Positions 12,855 through 25,573 of a stretch of DNA of 64,000 nucleotides are shown one piece after another (position 1 is the stretch's first letter; every line of letters begins with the position of its first letter). Origin of the DNA: Dictyostelium discoideum. Its lineage: Eukaryota. The notes under the pieces were generated by a model. The model was given only the letters and a program-made list of their open reading frames with translations. It was not told where the DNA came from and did no database searches. The stretch lies in the NCBI GenBank assembly GCA_000004695.1, contig CM000154.2, positions 2,464,001-2,528,000 on the forward strand, given 5' to 3'. A program made the translations under genes and the position numbers.

Positions 12855-13932
12855 TAACAATAATAATGGTTCAATATCATCAAACGTTACAAAATCAGAT
12901 GGAGAAATTGGTTCAGATGGTGTTCGTAGTAGTAGTGGTAGTAATGTTTTAAATACATCATCACCATATAGAGATAGACGTCCATTAATGGATTCAACTA
13001 GTGTTTTGGCATCAACAGCAACATTAAATAATAGAAATGTAAGATTACAAGCTAAAGATGAAGAAATAACTAATGGTGGTGGTGAAAGAAAAGGTAGTGA
13101 TGCAACAAGAACAGCTCTTTCAGAGGATAAAAAATATGGTTGGGATGGAAAGAGTAAAAGAAATTTAAATAAGAAATCACTTAAATCAATTTTAGGTCGT
13201 CTTCATTGGAGTTATATCCTTGCTACATTCTTATTGTTTGGTTTCATCACTATGGGCATTTGGGTAACATTCACTGTCGTATTTAATAATTCTCAATCTG
13301 GTTATACATTGGGTAAAAGTTGTTCAAGATCATTGAATAGTCGTGTCATCAATTATTATGTTGCCGAATTGTATACCTATAGTCAATATGTAAGTACTCA
13401 AAATATGGTTGATGCAATCACAGAATTACAAAGCAGTCATCAATCATTGCCATACCTTGAAGAGGTTAGACCATTGATGGAAGGTTCATACGGTTGTTGG
13501 GCACTTAATAAAAGTACTTGTCTTCCACCATCCTCTATGTACTATGAAGAAGTTAATAGTGGATTGGATAGAGTTGTTGACAGTTTGGCAAAGAAAGCAA
13601 TTAATTTGGCTTATACCGATCAAGCTGCCTTATTAGATAGTCCAGATTTACAATGGTTCTTAGCACTCATCGATTATATTTTCATTGGTCTTGACACTGC
13701 AACCTTCACTTATTTCGACTATTTCTTAGAAAAACAAGAATGGGCAAATACAGTTTTAACCGCTATTCTATCTGTTAGTTGTGTTATTCTATTGGTAGTT
13801 CATGTAGTATTATTTAGACCATTTATGAATCATCTTAGAATTCAACATATTCATACTTTAGCCTTATTACGTTTAGCTCCTGATGATATTAGATATATGG
13901 AAGTTAGTGATAAAGTTATTGATGAAGATTAA
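9231..13932 (+). CDS. Paralogue B of the large multi-pass membrane/TPR-like protein (tandem duplicate of 3250-8115), 5 exons
   Basis: Exons ~9231-9318, 9454-9540, 9685-9739, 9816-10269, 10366-13932. It has the same exon architecture and phases as A. Protein identity with A ranges from ~65% to ~98% depending on segment, and it carries a poly-N insert (N~25) near 12830. Confidence 0.7.
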
Positions 13933-14123
13933 AAAAAAAAAAAAAAAAATAATATATTAAAAAAAAAAAAAAAAAATGTATATATAAAATTTTAATAAAA
14001 AAAAAAAAACAAAATAAAAATGTATAGAATCTTTTTGTAAAAATTAATTATATTATTTATTTTAATTACTTTTTTTTATTTGTTTTTTTTATTTTATTTT
14101 TTATTTTTTATTTTTTTTTATCT

Positions 14124-15050
14124 TTAATAATTAAAAAATAAAAATGAAGGGTCACAATAAAAAACTAAACAACCATTTGGATACGAGGGTATTGAAGTTA
14201 AACTATAACCCTTTGGACAACTTGGGGCAATTGAAGAACTACATTTTTCTGGTGATATTGGAGCGCATTCAAAGAAAATATAACAATGATTAAAACTTCT
14301 GACATATGTTGCAATTAAACCAGATACACATCTAATTTCTTGAATTTTCTTTGGACAGTTATTTGAATTTGTTAAACTAATAAATAAATTATCAATATTA
14401 TATTCATATTTTGGTTTCCAATCTACATTTTTTATAATTTCATAATTTTCATCATAATATTCAGAGTTTGTTTCATTATTTGTTATGGTTACTGAATTTA
14501 CAGTAAATACGGAATTTCCAGTATTAATTAAATATTCCATCCAATTTGTTTGAATATTTTTAACATTTTTTGGATAATCTTGATATACAAGTGTTTTAAA
14601 TCTATTTTTTTCATCATTTTCATTTAATTGAGGTACTAATAAATTATGAGGATTACCCAAAGTATAAAATTGGGTATCTTTTGTTAAATTGAAAGTTTTA
14701 CCAGGCATTGGCATTAATCTATAGATATTGTGAGCTTCTGCAGTATCAACATCGTTTTGATAATCTCTATTTAAAATACCTCTAAAAACTATATGATAAG
14801 GTGGAGCATTTCTAATTTTATTTTCATTTACAACACCAATATCATCTTGTTGATTAATTTCTGAAACATAAATTTCCATCTCTTCTTTACCTGTATTTAA
14901 TTCCTTTACAAAATAACCACCACATCCAGGTTTTTCATAATTATCACATCTTCTTGTATCAGTTCTTGCTGCATAGTATTTAAAATCATCATTACATTTA
15001 ATTTTAAATATTAAATTAAATAAAATTAAAATAATAAATTTTATTTTCAT
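14124..15050 (-). CDS. Secreted cysteine-rich protein of unknown function (308 aa, single exon)
   Basis: N-terminal signal peptide MKIKFIILILFNLIFKIKC. The codon usage is coding-like. The C-terminal region has 10+ Cys (CPKKIQEIRCVSG...CYIFFECAPISPEKCSSSIAPSCPKGY..GCLVFYCD). No family recognised. Confidence 0.55.
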   Translation of the reverse strand: MKIKFIILILFNLIFKIKCNDDFKYYAARTDTRRCDNYEKPGCGGYFVKELNTGKEEMEIYVSEINQQDDIGVVNENKIRNAPPYHIVFRGILNRDYQNDVDTAEAHNIYRLMPMPGKTFNLTKDTQFYTLGNPHNLLVPQLNENDEKNRFKTLVYQDYPKNVKNIQTNWMEYLINTGNSVFTVNSVTITNNETNSEYYDENYEIIKNVDWKPKYEYNIDNLFISLTNSNNCPKKIQEIRCVSGLIATYVRSFNHCYIFFECAPISPEKCSSSIAPSCPKGYSLTSIPSYPNGCLVFYCDPSFLFFNY

Positions 15051-15409
15051 CTTTTCAAATCATTTGAAAATTTAAAAAAATAATAATTTAAAAAAATTGG
15101 ATATAAAGACAATAAAAAAAAAAAAATAAAATAATAAAAAAATAAAATAAAATAACAATTATTTATTTCAAATAAAATCAACCATCTATGAAAGATTTAT
15201 ATATCATTTTTTTTTTCCAAAATGTTGTATAATAAATTACCCCCACGAACACACACTTTTCATACCCAATCTTTTTTTTTTTTTTTTTTTCTAATTATTT
15301 AATTATTTATTTATTTAATTATTTAATTATTAATTATTTATTTTGTAGATTTTTTTTTTTTTTTTTTTTTTTTTAATTATTTAATTTTTTAATTATTTAA
15401 TTTTTTAAT

Positions 15410-18400
15410 TTATTTTGTAAATTGTTTAATTTTTTCTTGTAAGGAATTAATTTGTAGCGAGAGAGAAGGAGTTAAATTTAATTCTTTTTGTAATAATATA
15501 TCAGATAAACTGAAATTTTTTAAATTAAATTGAACAACAGCAGAATAAAAATTAGTTAAGGATAGTTTTGAATTAATGGTTGATGATTCCTCTAATAAAT
15601 TTAAAGCATTCTTCATATCATTTGTGAATTGTTTTAAATTATTATTTGTTAATTTACTTGAACCAATAATTAGAATACCTTTTAATAATTTTATAACTGG
15701 ATTATCTAAATAATTATTATTATTTAAATTTTCTTCTAATAATTTTAATGAATCTTTAAATTTCTTTTGAATACAATAAATTCTAATAATTTTCGATATT
15801 GTTGTTAAAATTAAACCATTATTATTATTATTATTATAATTATTGTTATTGGTTGTTTGTTGTTTTAATACTAAAAGTGATCTATTTAAACAAAGTAAAG
15901 AAGCATCTAATTGATCATTACTTTGATAAATATCACAAAGATTATGATAGATTGGAATTGAATTTGGTTCTAATTTTAATGCATCCTTTAAAATTGATAA
16001 TGCTTTAACTTTATCGCCTTGTTTTAAAAATTTCTTTGCTTCTAGTGATAATAATACAGATTTCTTTTCATTTGTATAATTTGTTTGTTTTTGATAATTT
16101 GAAATTAGTTTATCAAATTCAGCAATATCATCAGTGGTACCACTATCACCTTCACTTGTAATTGAAAGTGCTAATTTAAATTCAAGTTCAATTAAAATTT
16201 GTTGAAATTTAAATTCTTCTGTTATTGTTGTTGTTGTTGTTGTTGTTTTTGTTAACAAATATTGTACAACATTCCAACATGATTTAGTTGATTCCCAATC
16301 CTCTTTATTATCAGTATAAAGTGAACGCCAATAAAGTAAATTTTGAAGATGAACCCAAGGTTGAATATTATTATTAGTAGTTGATAATGGATTTGAATGA
16401 ATGATACGTTTGATTATAACAATGGCATTATCTAAACATTTTGTCCAAGGTGATTGTAAATCATAAAGATTTGCTTTTGCAATGATTTCCAATTCTTTAA
16501 TAGTTGGTGGTTGTAATACTTTGTGATCAGGACCAACACTTAATTGACCCATACCAGAATATTCTTGACTTTGTTTCTTATTTAATGAATGATTTAATAA
16601 TGATAATGGTAAATTACATGGATCATTATTTTCACTATTACTATTACTATTACTATTATTAATGAAATATTTCATTTCTAAATCAGCTAAACTTGTCCAA
16701 CCAATTGGCTCTAATGGGAATAAATGAATTAATTTTTGTAATTGTTTTCTGGCTTCTTCAATTTCATTATTTAATAAATGAATTTTTGATAATAATAAAT
16801 AGCTATTGGATTCCAATTGTTCAACTGTTGTTTGTAATTTAATTAAAACATTCTTTGCTAAATCATTTTTACCACAATCAATATAGATTGCAGCTAAATA
16901 ATACCATGATTTATAGAATCTTTTGTCAATTGTTATAATTGCTTCTAAAGTTTTAACAATTGTATCAATTTGTTGTTTTTTACCACTATTATTATTATTA
17001 TTACAAGTATATTGAATCTTTGCTAATGTAAATAATAAATTTTGTTTTCTAATGGTTGCAGTTTCTAATGATTTTGGAATTTGTGAAATTGATTTCTTCA
17101 TTGCATCAATTGATTCATTTAATTTATTTAATTTACAATAAATTAATGAAACCAATTCAAATAATATACTATTTGATAATGATGGTTCTGTTGTTTGAGT
17201 TGTTGTAATATATGGTTTAATTGTTTCTAATGCTTCATCAAATTTACCTAAATAATATTGAGTTCTTGATAAATTAATTTTAACATATTTTAATTTTTCA
17301 TCATTTGAAAATTCAATACCATCATTTAATGGTTTATCAGAGAATAATATTGAACCAATTGAACAACTTGAATTATTATTATTTAATGTAATCTTTGATT
17401 CATTATCATTATCATTATTTTTAATGATGGTTTTACTACTGTTGCTACTATTTGATAATAAATTTAAAGCAGATTTAAAATATTTTTCAGAATTTTCATA
17501 ATCATTTTGATGGCTGTAAACTAAAGCTAATGAATTATTTCCTTCAATTGAATTTGGATTTAATTCAACGTATTTGTATAATACTGAATAACTAGTTTCA
17601 CTATAACCTTCTAATAATGATGTTATACCATAACCTAATAACCCTTGACCAATTGGTGATGATTCTAATGCATTATCAATATAATTATAATCTTCTCTAC
17701 CTGTTGAATTATTATTATTATTATCATTATTATTATTATTATTAATATTTTTATTACTTGATTTAACTTCATTAATTAAACCTTGCAAAGACCAAGAAAT
17801 AACAGAATCAATATTATTATTTTTGGCAATCATTAAAGATTTATCAGATTGTTCAATGAAACCATATTCAAAATATAATAAAGTTAAATTATTATATGGT
17901 TCAGATTTTGAAGAATCTAATTGAATCGATCTAATTAGGGCATGTTGACTTTGGGCAGGGAATTTGTCCATTAAAACAACACCTAATAAATTCCATAACA
18001 TTGGGTCTGATGGTGATAAATTTAAAGCTTCAACAACACATTTAATTGATGATTTTAATAAATTCTCTGTTTCTTCTTTTGTAACTTTTAAATTTTTCTC
18101 TTGTTGTTGCTTTCCTTGTTGTTTTAAATAATTTTTAAAAATAATATATTGATTATAATAACCAATTGATAAATCTTGTAATGAATGGGAATTTGAATGA
18201 ATTCTAACACAATTAAAATATGCATTTGAAGATTGTTTTGATTTTTCAATTAAATAATCATAATTATTATTATTATTACTATTACTATTGTTATTATTAT
18301 TATTTGGTAAATTTAAGAAATAACTTGAAATATCAGCATATAATCTCCATAATGAATGAAAATTATTTTCTTTTTCTAATGCAATTTTAATTGAAGATTC

Positions 18401-21114
18401 AGCTAATTCGAGATGAATTAAAGATTGACGAAAATTTCTAAATTTATATTGTTCAATAGATAATTGTAATAAACATTCAGCTTTACCTTTTAATGAAGGA
18501 ACATTATTTTCCAATTGTTTTAAAACTCTATCATATTCATTGATAGCATCATCATAGAGACCTAAAGTTTTTGATAATGTTGCAATTTGAAAATTGATAT
18601 CAGTTGCAATACGATTTTCATTATCTAAAATCTCTTCTGCCTTTTTCAAAGATTTTAAAGCTGCAACATATTTGAATTGTCTACGATATGCTTCGGCCAA
18701 TGTACGCCAATAACTCTCATTCAAAGGCTCACCCTTAATTGCATTCAATAGGGATACTACGGAATTATGTATATCTTTATTATCCATTTGATAGATTGCA
18801 AGTCTATAGAATGCCCATGAACATTTTATAACATTAATTGGGAATCTTTTAATTTGTTTAGCTGATAAACAAAAATCGGTAATCTCTTTATACAATGACA
18901 TCACCAATGAAGTTTGACCACTCTCTGCATAGATTTCACCCAACTCAAATCCTGCTTCACCATTTAAAATATCCAATTGTAAACTTTTTTGATAACATTT
19001 CTTTGATCTCTCTTTTTGACCAATCATTTTATAAAGTGTACCTAATTTTGCAAACGTATCAGAATGATTTGAATTTAATTTTGCTGATTTTAAAAATTGT
19101 TGAATTATAAATGAACAATTATCATTATTATTATCATTATTATTATTATTTTCAATTTTATTTAATTCCATTAAAACTAAACCATAAACATAATAATTTA
19201 AATAATTATTAGCAGTTTCACCATTTAATTCAATTATTTCTTTTAAATTATCTTTACTTTTAATTAATGATTCTTTTGATTCTTTTAATAAAATATCAAT
19301 CCAAATTAAATAAATTTTTGATAATTCAATAATTTTCTTATTTTGATTATTATTTTGATTATTATTTTGATTATTATTAATAATTAATTGAAATAATTCT
19401 TTTGATTTTTTATAATCTTTAATTGAATAAAAATTTAATTTACTTTGTGAAAATGTTAAATAATTAAAATGAATTGGGAATTTATTAATTAATGATTCTA
19501 ATAATGATGATGCCAATTCAAAATTACAATTGAATGATAATGATTCAACTAAAATCAATTGAAGTTTAATGAAAATATTATTAAAATAATTGGCACCACC
19601 AACTGATCTTTGTTTTTGCTCATAGACAATCATTGACTTTTTAACTATATCTCTAACACGTTCATGATTTTCAACTTTTAAATACCATTTTGATAATGCT
19701 AAATAACCTAATAATGATTCGGTACTACCTGAATTTGAAAATCCTTTCTCTATTAATTGTTTACTTTGTTCACTATAATCTTTTAATTTAAAAACTTTAT
19801 AAAATCCTAACCCTATCCAACCTAATCCCCTATTTGCATATTTATTTGTTAAAATATTTGAAATTTCATTAATTTTTTCATATAATTCATTATTATTCTT
19901 TGATTCTTGATCATCATCTTCATCATCATCATCATCATTAAAATTAAATTCTTCTTCTAATAAATTTATTAAATTTTCTAATGAATAAATTGGTGTTGAT
20001 AACATTTCATTCATTCTTTCACAATTTTCATAAATTTCTTTATAAAGTTGTTTTTGTTTTTCTTCATCTTTATTCTCTTCATTACTATAAATTCTTCTTT
20101 TACCAATTAATATTTGAATGAAATGAGTATAAATTCTTATCATTTGTTCATTTGTTAAAATATTTAAATTTATTTTTGTTAATAATTCTTCATAAACTTT
20201 TAACTATATATATATATAGTTATAAAAAATAAATAAATTAATATTAATATTACTCTATATATATATATATTGGTTTTTAATTTTTTTGGAAAAAAAAAAA
20301 AAAAATCAAATACAAACATTAAAATTATTAATTAATGATTTATTTAATTCAAATTCAATTTTATCTCTTTCTTGTTTTTGTTCAGGTGTATGTTGAATTG
20401 CACCTAATACATGTAATTTTGAGTAATCTACAATTGGTATATTCTTCTCACGTAATTTTTCATCGATTTTAGTTTTTAAAGTGTTTAAATAGTATTGATA
20501 ATTTGCATCTTCAAATTTTTCTAATAATTTAATTCTATCTATTTTTGATGATTCACTATCATTTTCTCCATCATCACTACTTTTTTCATTTTCAAATAAA
20601 ATTGGTGAAATCAAATCAATTGTAGTTTTATAATCTTTTAAAAAGTAACTAATTTCAATTAATCTAAATACCAATTCTTTTTTTTTTTGTTTATCTGTTG
20701 TTAATGGAATTAATTCTTTTAATGTGTTTGATAATTTATCATTTTCATTTGTTTTATTATATAATTCTAGTAAACCCTAATTTATTTTATTTTATTTTAT
20801 TTTATTTTATTTTAAATTTTAATATTTATAAGTTTATTTTGTTTCAAAGAAAAAAGGAAAAAGAAAAAAAAAAAAATTTAACTAATTACCCTTAATGGAA
20901 CTGGTGAATTCTGTATTTTTAATGCAGCAATATATGATTTTTCAGCAGCAGCTAAATTATTTAAATTAAAATTTGAAACACCTAAAAAAAGATGAATCAT
21001 GAAATTTTGATCATCATATTGTACTATCTCATTACAATTTTCTAATGCTGTCTTATAATCTTTTTTATCAATAGCCTCCCTTGTCTCTTTTAATTTACTT
21101 TTAATATAGTCCAT
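15410..21114 (-). CDS. ski3: SKI3/TTC37-like superkiller TPR-repeat protein (~1825 aa, 3 exons)
   Basis: Exons (minus strand) ~20890-21114, 20318-20776, 15410-20203. Donors are GTAATT and GTTTGT; acceptors are tag|GGTTTA and tag|TTAAAAG. N-terminus MDYIKSKLKETREAIDKKDYKTALENCNEIVQYDDQNFMIHLFLGVSNF..AAAEKSYIAALKIQ parallels human TTC37 [71 protein letters not shown]. Numerous TPR-like repeats follow throughout the long exon. Confidence 0.75.
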
Positions 21115-21180
21115 TATGGATGTATAAATAAATTATTAATTTTTTTAAAAAAAAAAAAAAAAAAAAAAGGTGGTTTGTGG

Positions 21181-21218
<38 letters not shown>

Positions 21219-21426
21219 TGATCATTGAGAAAAAATTAAAAAAAAAAAAAAAAAATAAAAAAAAAAAAAAAATAAAAAATAAAAAACAAAAAATTAATAA
21301 TAATTATGAATCATGGCCCTCAGTAAATCTACAAGCTTAGAAAGAAAAATCCAAAGTGGATAAGTGGAATTGAAAAATTGGAAGCATTTCATTTTAATGT
21401 TTATAAAAGGAAATTATAATAATTAT

Positions 21427-21465
<39 letters not shown>

Positions 21466-21942
21466 ATAATAGTAAAAATAATAAAAATAATAAAAAATAA
21501 CAACAAAATAACAATAGTTGTAAAAAAACAAATAACAATACTATTAAAAACCTAATTATCACAATAATTAAAAAAAATAACAAATATTAATTTCAAACAC
21601 TTAATTTAAATTTCTTAGTTTTTTATTAAAAAAAAAAAAAAAAAAATTAAAAAGGTAATACATTTAAGGAAAGAAAGATTAATTGTAAAAAACTCATATT
21701 TTTTTTATTTATTTTTGAAAAAAAACAAAAAAAATAATAAAAGAGTTCGTTGAAAAAACATTTTTTTATTTTTATTATTATTTTTATTTAAAAAAAAAAA
21801 AAAAAAAAATCGATTGCATATTCTTTTAAAATTCTGAAAAAAATATCTTTTTTTTTTTTGGTTTTTAAAAGTTTTTTTTTTTTTTTTTTTTAATAACACA
21901 CAAAAAATTATTTTGTAATAATAAAATTATTTGTACAATAAA
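21115..21942. promoter_or_regulatory. Divergent intergenic promoter region between ski3 (minus) and the RNA ligase gene (plus)
   Basis: An 828-bp AT-rich spacer with A35/T35 homopolymers between two divergently oriented start codons (21114 and 21943). Confidence 0.4.
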
Positions 21943-23524
21943 ATGACTCAATTTATTGATAGAAATCAATCATATAAATTAAGAAACTCTACATTATTTC
22001 CACACGATATAACAATTGAAGATTGTCGTGAAGGTAAGCATTTTTTTTATTTTTTTTTATTTTTATTATTTGAAAACCTCAACATATTAATATTTTTCTT
22101 TTTTTTTTTTCTTTTATAGCCATAAAAGATGCAGCTGGATTCAGAGAAACAACAAAAAATGGATTAATTTGTTTTAATTATGATTTTTGTTTTAAAGATT
22201 CATTCCCAAATCCAGATATTGAACCAGATGATAAAAAAGCATTCCTTTATAAAGTAAGAAGAGAATGTAGAGGTTTAATTTTCAATGAAGCAACAAGTGA
22301 AATTGTTTGTAGAAAATTACATAAATTCTTTAACATAAATGAACAACAAGAAACAAAAGAAGTAAGTTTTATTTTATTTATTTTATTTATTTAAATAATA
22401 ATATTAATTTATTTTTTTTTTTTTTATTTTTTATATTTTTTATAATTTTTTTTTAAAAAAAAAAGGAATTAATTAAATTAGATGAGAATTTCATTGTATT
22501 AGAAAAATTAGATGGTTCATTAATTGCACCAATTTTAATTAATGGTAAAGCAGCATGGGGATCAAAGAGTGGTATTACAGATTTAACAATTAAAGTTGAA
22601 AAACATATTCAATTAAAATTAAAAGATAATAATATTAGATATGATGATTTCGCATTAGAATGGATGTTAAAAGGTTATACACCATTATTTGAATGGTGTT
22701 CAGAATCAAATCAAATCGTATTATATTATGCAATTGATAATTTAAATTTAATAGCCATGAGAAATATGAAAACTGGTGAATATTTAACTCATGATGAGAT
22801 GGTAAAGATTACAGCACCATTCAATGTACCAGTGGTAACATGTGTTGATTTAAAATCACATACACATTTCTCAAAGCTTTATAGTGAATTAAATGGTGCT
22901 GATAAGAGCATCACCACCACCTCTGAAGAATTTATAAATACAGGCGCATCAAAATTATTGAAAATTGTATTAGGCTTAGAGAATTGTGAAGGTTATATAT
23001 TAAAATTCGATTCAGGTAAGACCTATAAGATGAAGAGTAATTGGTATTTCGAGTACCATTCAATTGCACCAAATATTAAATATGTTTTAGAAAAGGATGT
23101 TTTCTATTTAATTTTAAATGATGGTTTAGGTGGTATCGATGATATTATTGCAAAGATCACTGCTTCAGGACCTGTACCACAAAGATATTACCAAATTCAA
23201 GAGTTTGGTAAAGAATTATTACAAAAACTTGAAGATTTATCTATTAGAGTCATTCAATTCATTAAAGAATCAAAATCACAAGGAAAATTAAGAAAACATA
23301 TCTCCTCTGATAATTCGGTTTCAAATGCTTTCAAAAACTTTGTTTTTAGATTTTATGATTCAGTTGAAGCAAATGATAAAGTTACAAAACATATTGGTGA
23401 TGTTTCAAAACATATAATGGAAAAATTAAAACTTCTTTGCACTAATTCTTCTAAATTAGAAGAATGTAGAATTATTCTTGGTGGTATTAAATTTACTGAA
23501 GATAAGCCAAAATTATCTGATTAA
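21943..23524 (+). CDS. T4 Rnl1-family RNA ligase (nucleotidyltransferase), ~463 aa, 3 exons
   Basis: Exons ~21943-22033, 22120-22361, 22466-23524 (GTAAGC and GTAAGT donors). Four motif matches to T4 Rnl1: ECRGLIFNEATSEIVCRKLHKFFNINE vs T4 [30 protein letters not shown]; motif I lysine box VLEKLDGSLIAPI vs T4 ILTKEDGSLVSTY; NQIVLYYAIDNLNLIAMRNMKTGEYLTHDEM vs T4 [56 protein letters not shown] vs T4 [25 protein letters not shown]. Confidence 0.8.
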
Positions 23525-23551
23525 TTAAAAAAAAAAATAAATAAAAATAAT

Positions 23552-23628
<77 letters not shown>

Positions 23629-23632
23629 TAAA
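23552..23632. repeat. (TAA)n microsatellite (~27 units) in 3' flank of RNA ligase gene
   Basis: aataataataat... an uninterrupted trinucleotide run. Confidence 0.9.
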
Positions 23633-23833
23633 ATGAAAAAATAAAAAAAAAAAAAAACAAAAACAAATAAAATGTTTTAAAAAAAAAACTTTTTTTTTTT
23701 TTTAAAAAATAATTAACAAAAAATTAAAATGTTAAATTATTTTTTTTTTAGATATAAAAATTTTCATTTGATATTTTTAGTGCAATTGGGCGGACTTGGT
23801 GATGAGTTGGGTGTTGGAAAATTTTTCTGATTC

Positions 23834-23872
<39 letters not shown>

Positions 23873-23903
23873 AAAATTTTAGTTATTATCAATAAATTGA
23901 AAA

Positions 23904-24857
23904 ATGAGTAACATCGATGAAAGTAAAAAAAAAGATAAAAATATTAATAATGAAGAAACTTCATTAAATCAAATAACATCATCACTTTCAATGATTTCTT
24001 TAACTCCATCAATACCTCCATCAACACCACCATCAACACCAAATAATAACAATAAAAATAAAACATTTAATAACAGTGGTAGTGCAATTAAAAATAATTT
24101 TAATAATAATGGATCAATTATAGGAGAAAGAGCAGTTCAATATTTTGGATATTTAGTATTATCACAAGGTCATATATGGAGAGCCACGACATCAAATGAT
24201 ATTGGTATTGATGGTCAAATTGAATTTGTTAATAATTTTTCAAGAAAAGGTAGTAAAGCTATAATTTGTGGAGTTCAATTAAAAGCAACGGTTGTAGATA
24301 AAAATGCTTCAATTAATATTGAATCTGTAAATTATTGGATTAAATATCCATTACCAGTTATAGTAGTTCAAATTTATTTTAAACAACCAATTAATTCATT
24401 ACCAACTTGTTTATTCTTAACAAAAGAACAAGTTCAAAGTTATATAAATTCAACAACTTTAAATACACCTAATAAAAATTCATCTTCATCATCTTCAACT
24501 TTTTCTTATTTTTCACCTGTTCAATCACCATCACCATCACCATCATCATCATCGAATTCCTTAATGACAATGGTTATTGAGTCAAGAGTATTTGATAAAA
24601 ACAAAGCAAAGGATTTCTCATGTGATGCAGTTCAAGAATATTGTATTGAATATATGAGAAATAATTATGTAAATTTTATTGATAATAGATTTCAAGATTA
24701 TTTAAAAATTCAAGAATATTCAAAAATGAAAGCTGATCAAATTTGGAAAGATTTAGTTCATAAATTTTTAAAACTAAAACCAACTTATAATTTAAAAGAA
24801 GTTATAGTTTTTAATTTAAATAATATTAATAACAATAATAACAATAATAATGATGAA

Positions 24858-24921
<64 letters not shown>

Positions 24922-25496
24922 GTTTTAATGATGATGATTATGAAAATGATGACAATGAAACTTTTTTAATAAATATTCAAAATTTATTCGAATTCCCATT
25001 TTCAATAATTCAAGATAATCATAGAGATTATTTAAAAGAACAATTAATTGAATTTGGATATGACCATAATGTATCACTAAGAAATATTTGTGATCAAATT
25101 TACCATTTATATAACAATAATAATAATAATAATAATAATAATGAATTTATTAATTTATCAAAATGGTTTAGTTATTTATATTGTATTTTAAATATTGATC
25201 CAATTAAATCAATTGAAAATGATATTTTAGAGATTAATTTAAATTCATCAATTAAAAAAGATATTATTTACATAGAGATTTTAATTTTAGAAATTTGTGA
25301 TTTCATATTACCAAATTATTATAAAGAAATTATTACAACTCAAACAACTGCAAAATTAATAATTATTAAAAATATTATAAATCTTTCAAAAACTAGTAGT
25401 AGAGGTGGTGGTGGTACTGATGGCGGTAGTGACGGTGGTGTTAATGAATTATTAAATAATTCCATAAATTTATTAAAAAAACAAATAAATAAATAA
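23904..25496 (+). CDS. DUF4365-like / PD-(D/E)xK restriction-endonuclease-fold protein with long poly-N linkers (530 aa)
   Basis: Single ORF. N-terminal domain ERAVQYFGYLVLSQGHIWRATTSNDIGIDGQIEFVNNFSRKGSKAIICGVQLKATVV...NYWIKYPLPVIVVQIYF matches the DUF4365 pattern (aE..fg.l....g......D.GID..iE......G......QvK......W...p.PvllV), i.e. a D...(I/V)D...E.(Q/V)K nuclease-like core. The remainder is low-complexity (N25, S/P-rich). The domain call is from pattern recall and has not been searched. Confidence 0.5.
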
Positions 25497-25573
25497 AATA
25501 CAAATAAATAAATAAAATACAAATAAATAGGTTTATAATTTTTTTATTTTTATTTTTATTTTTATTTTTTTGA

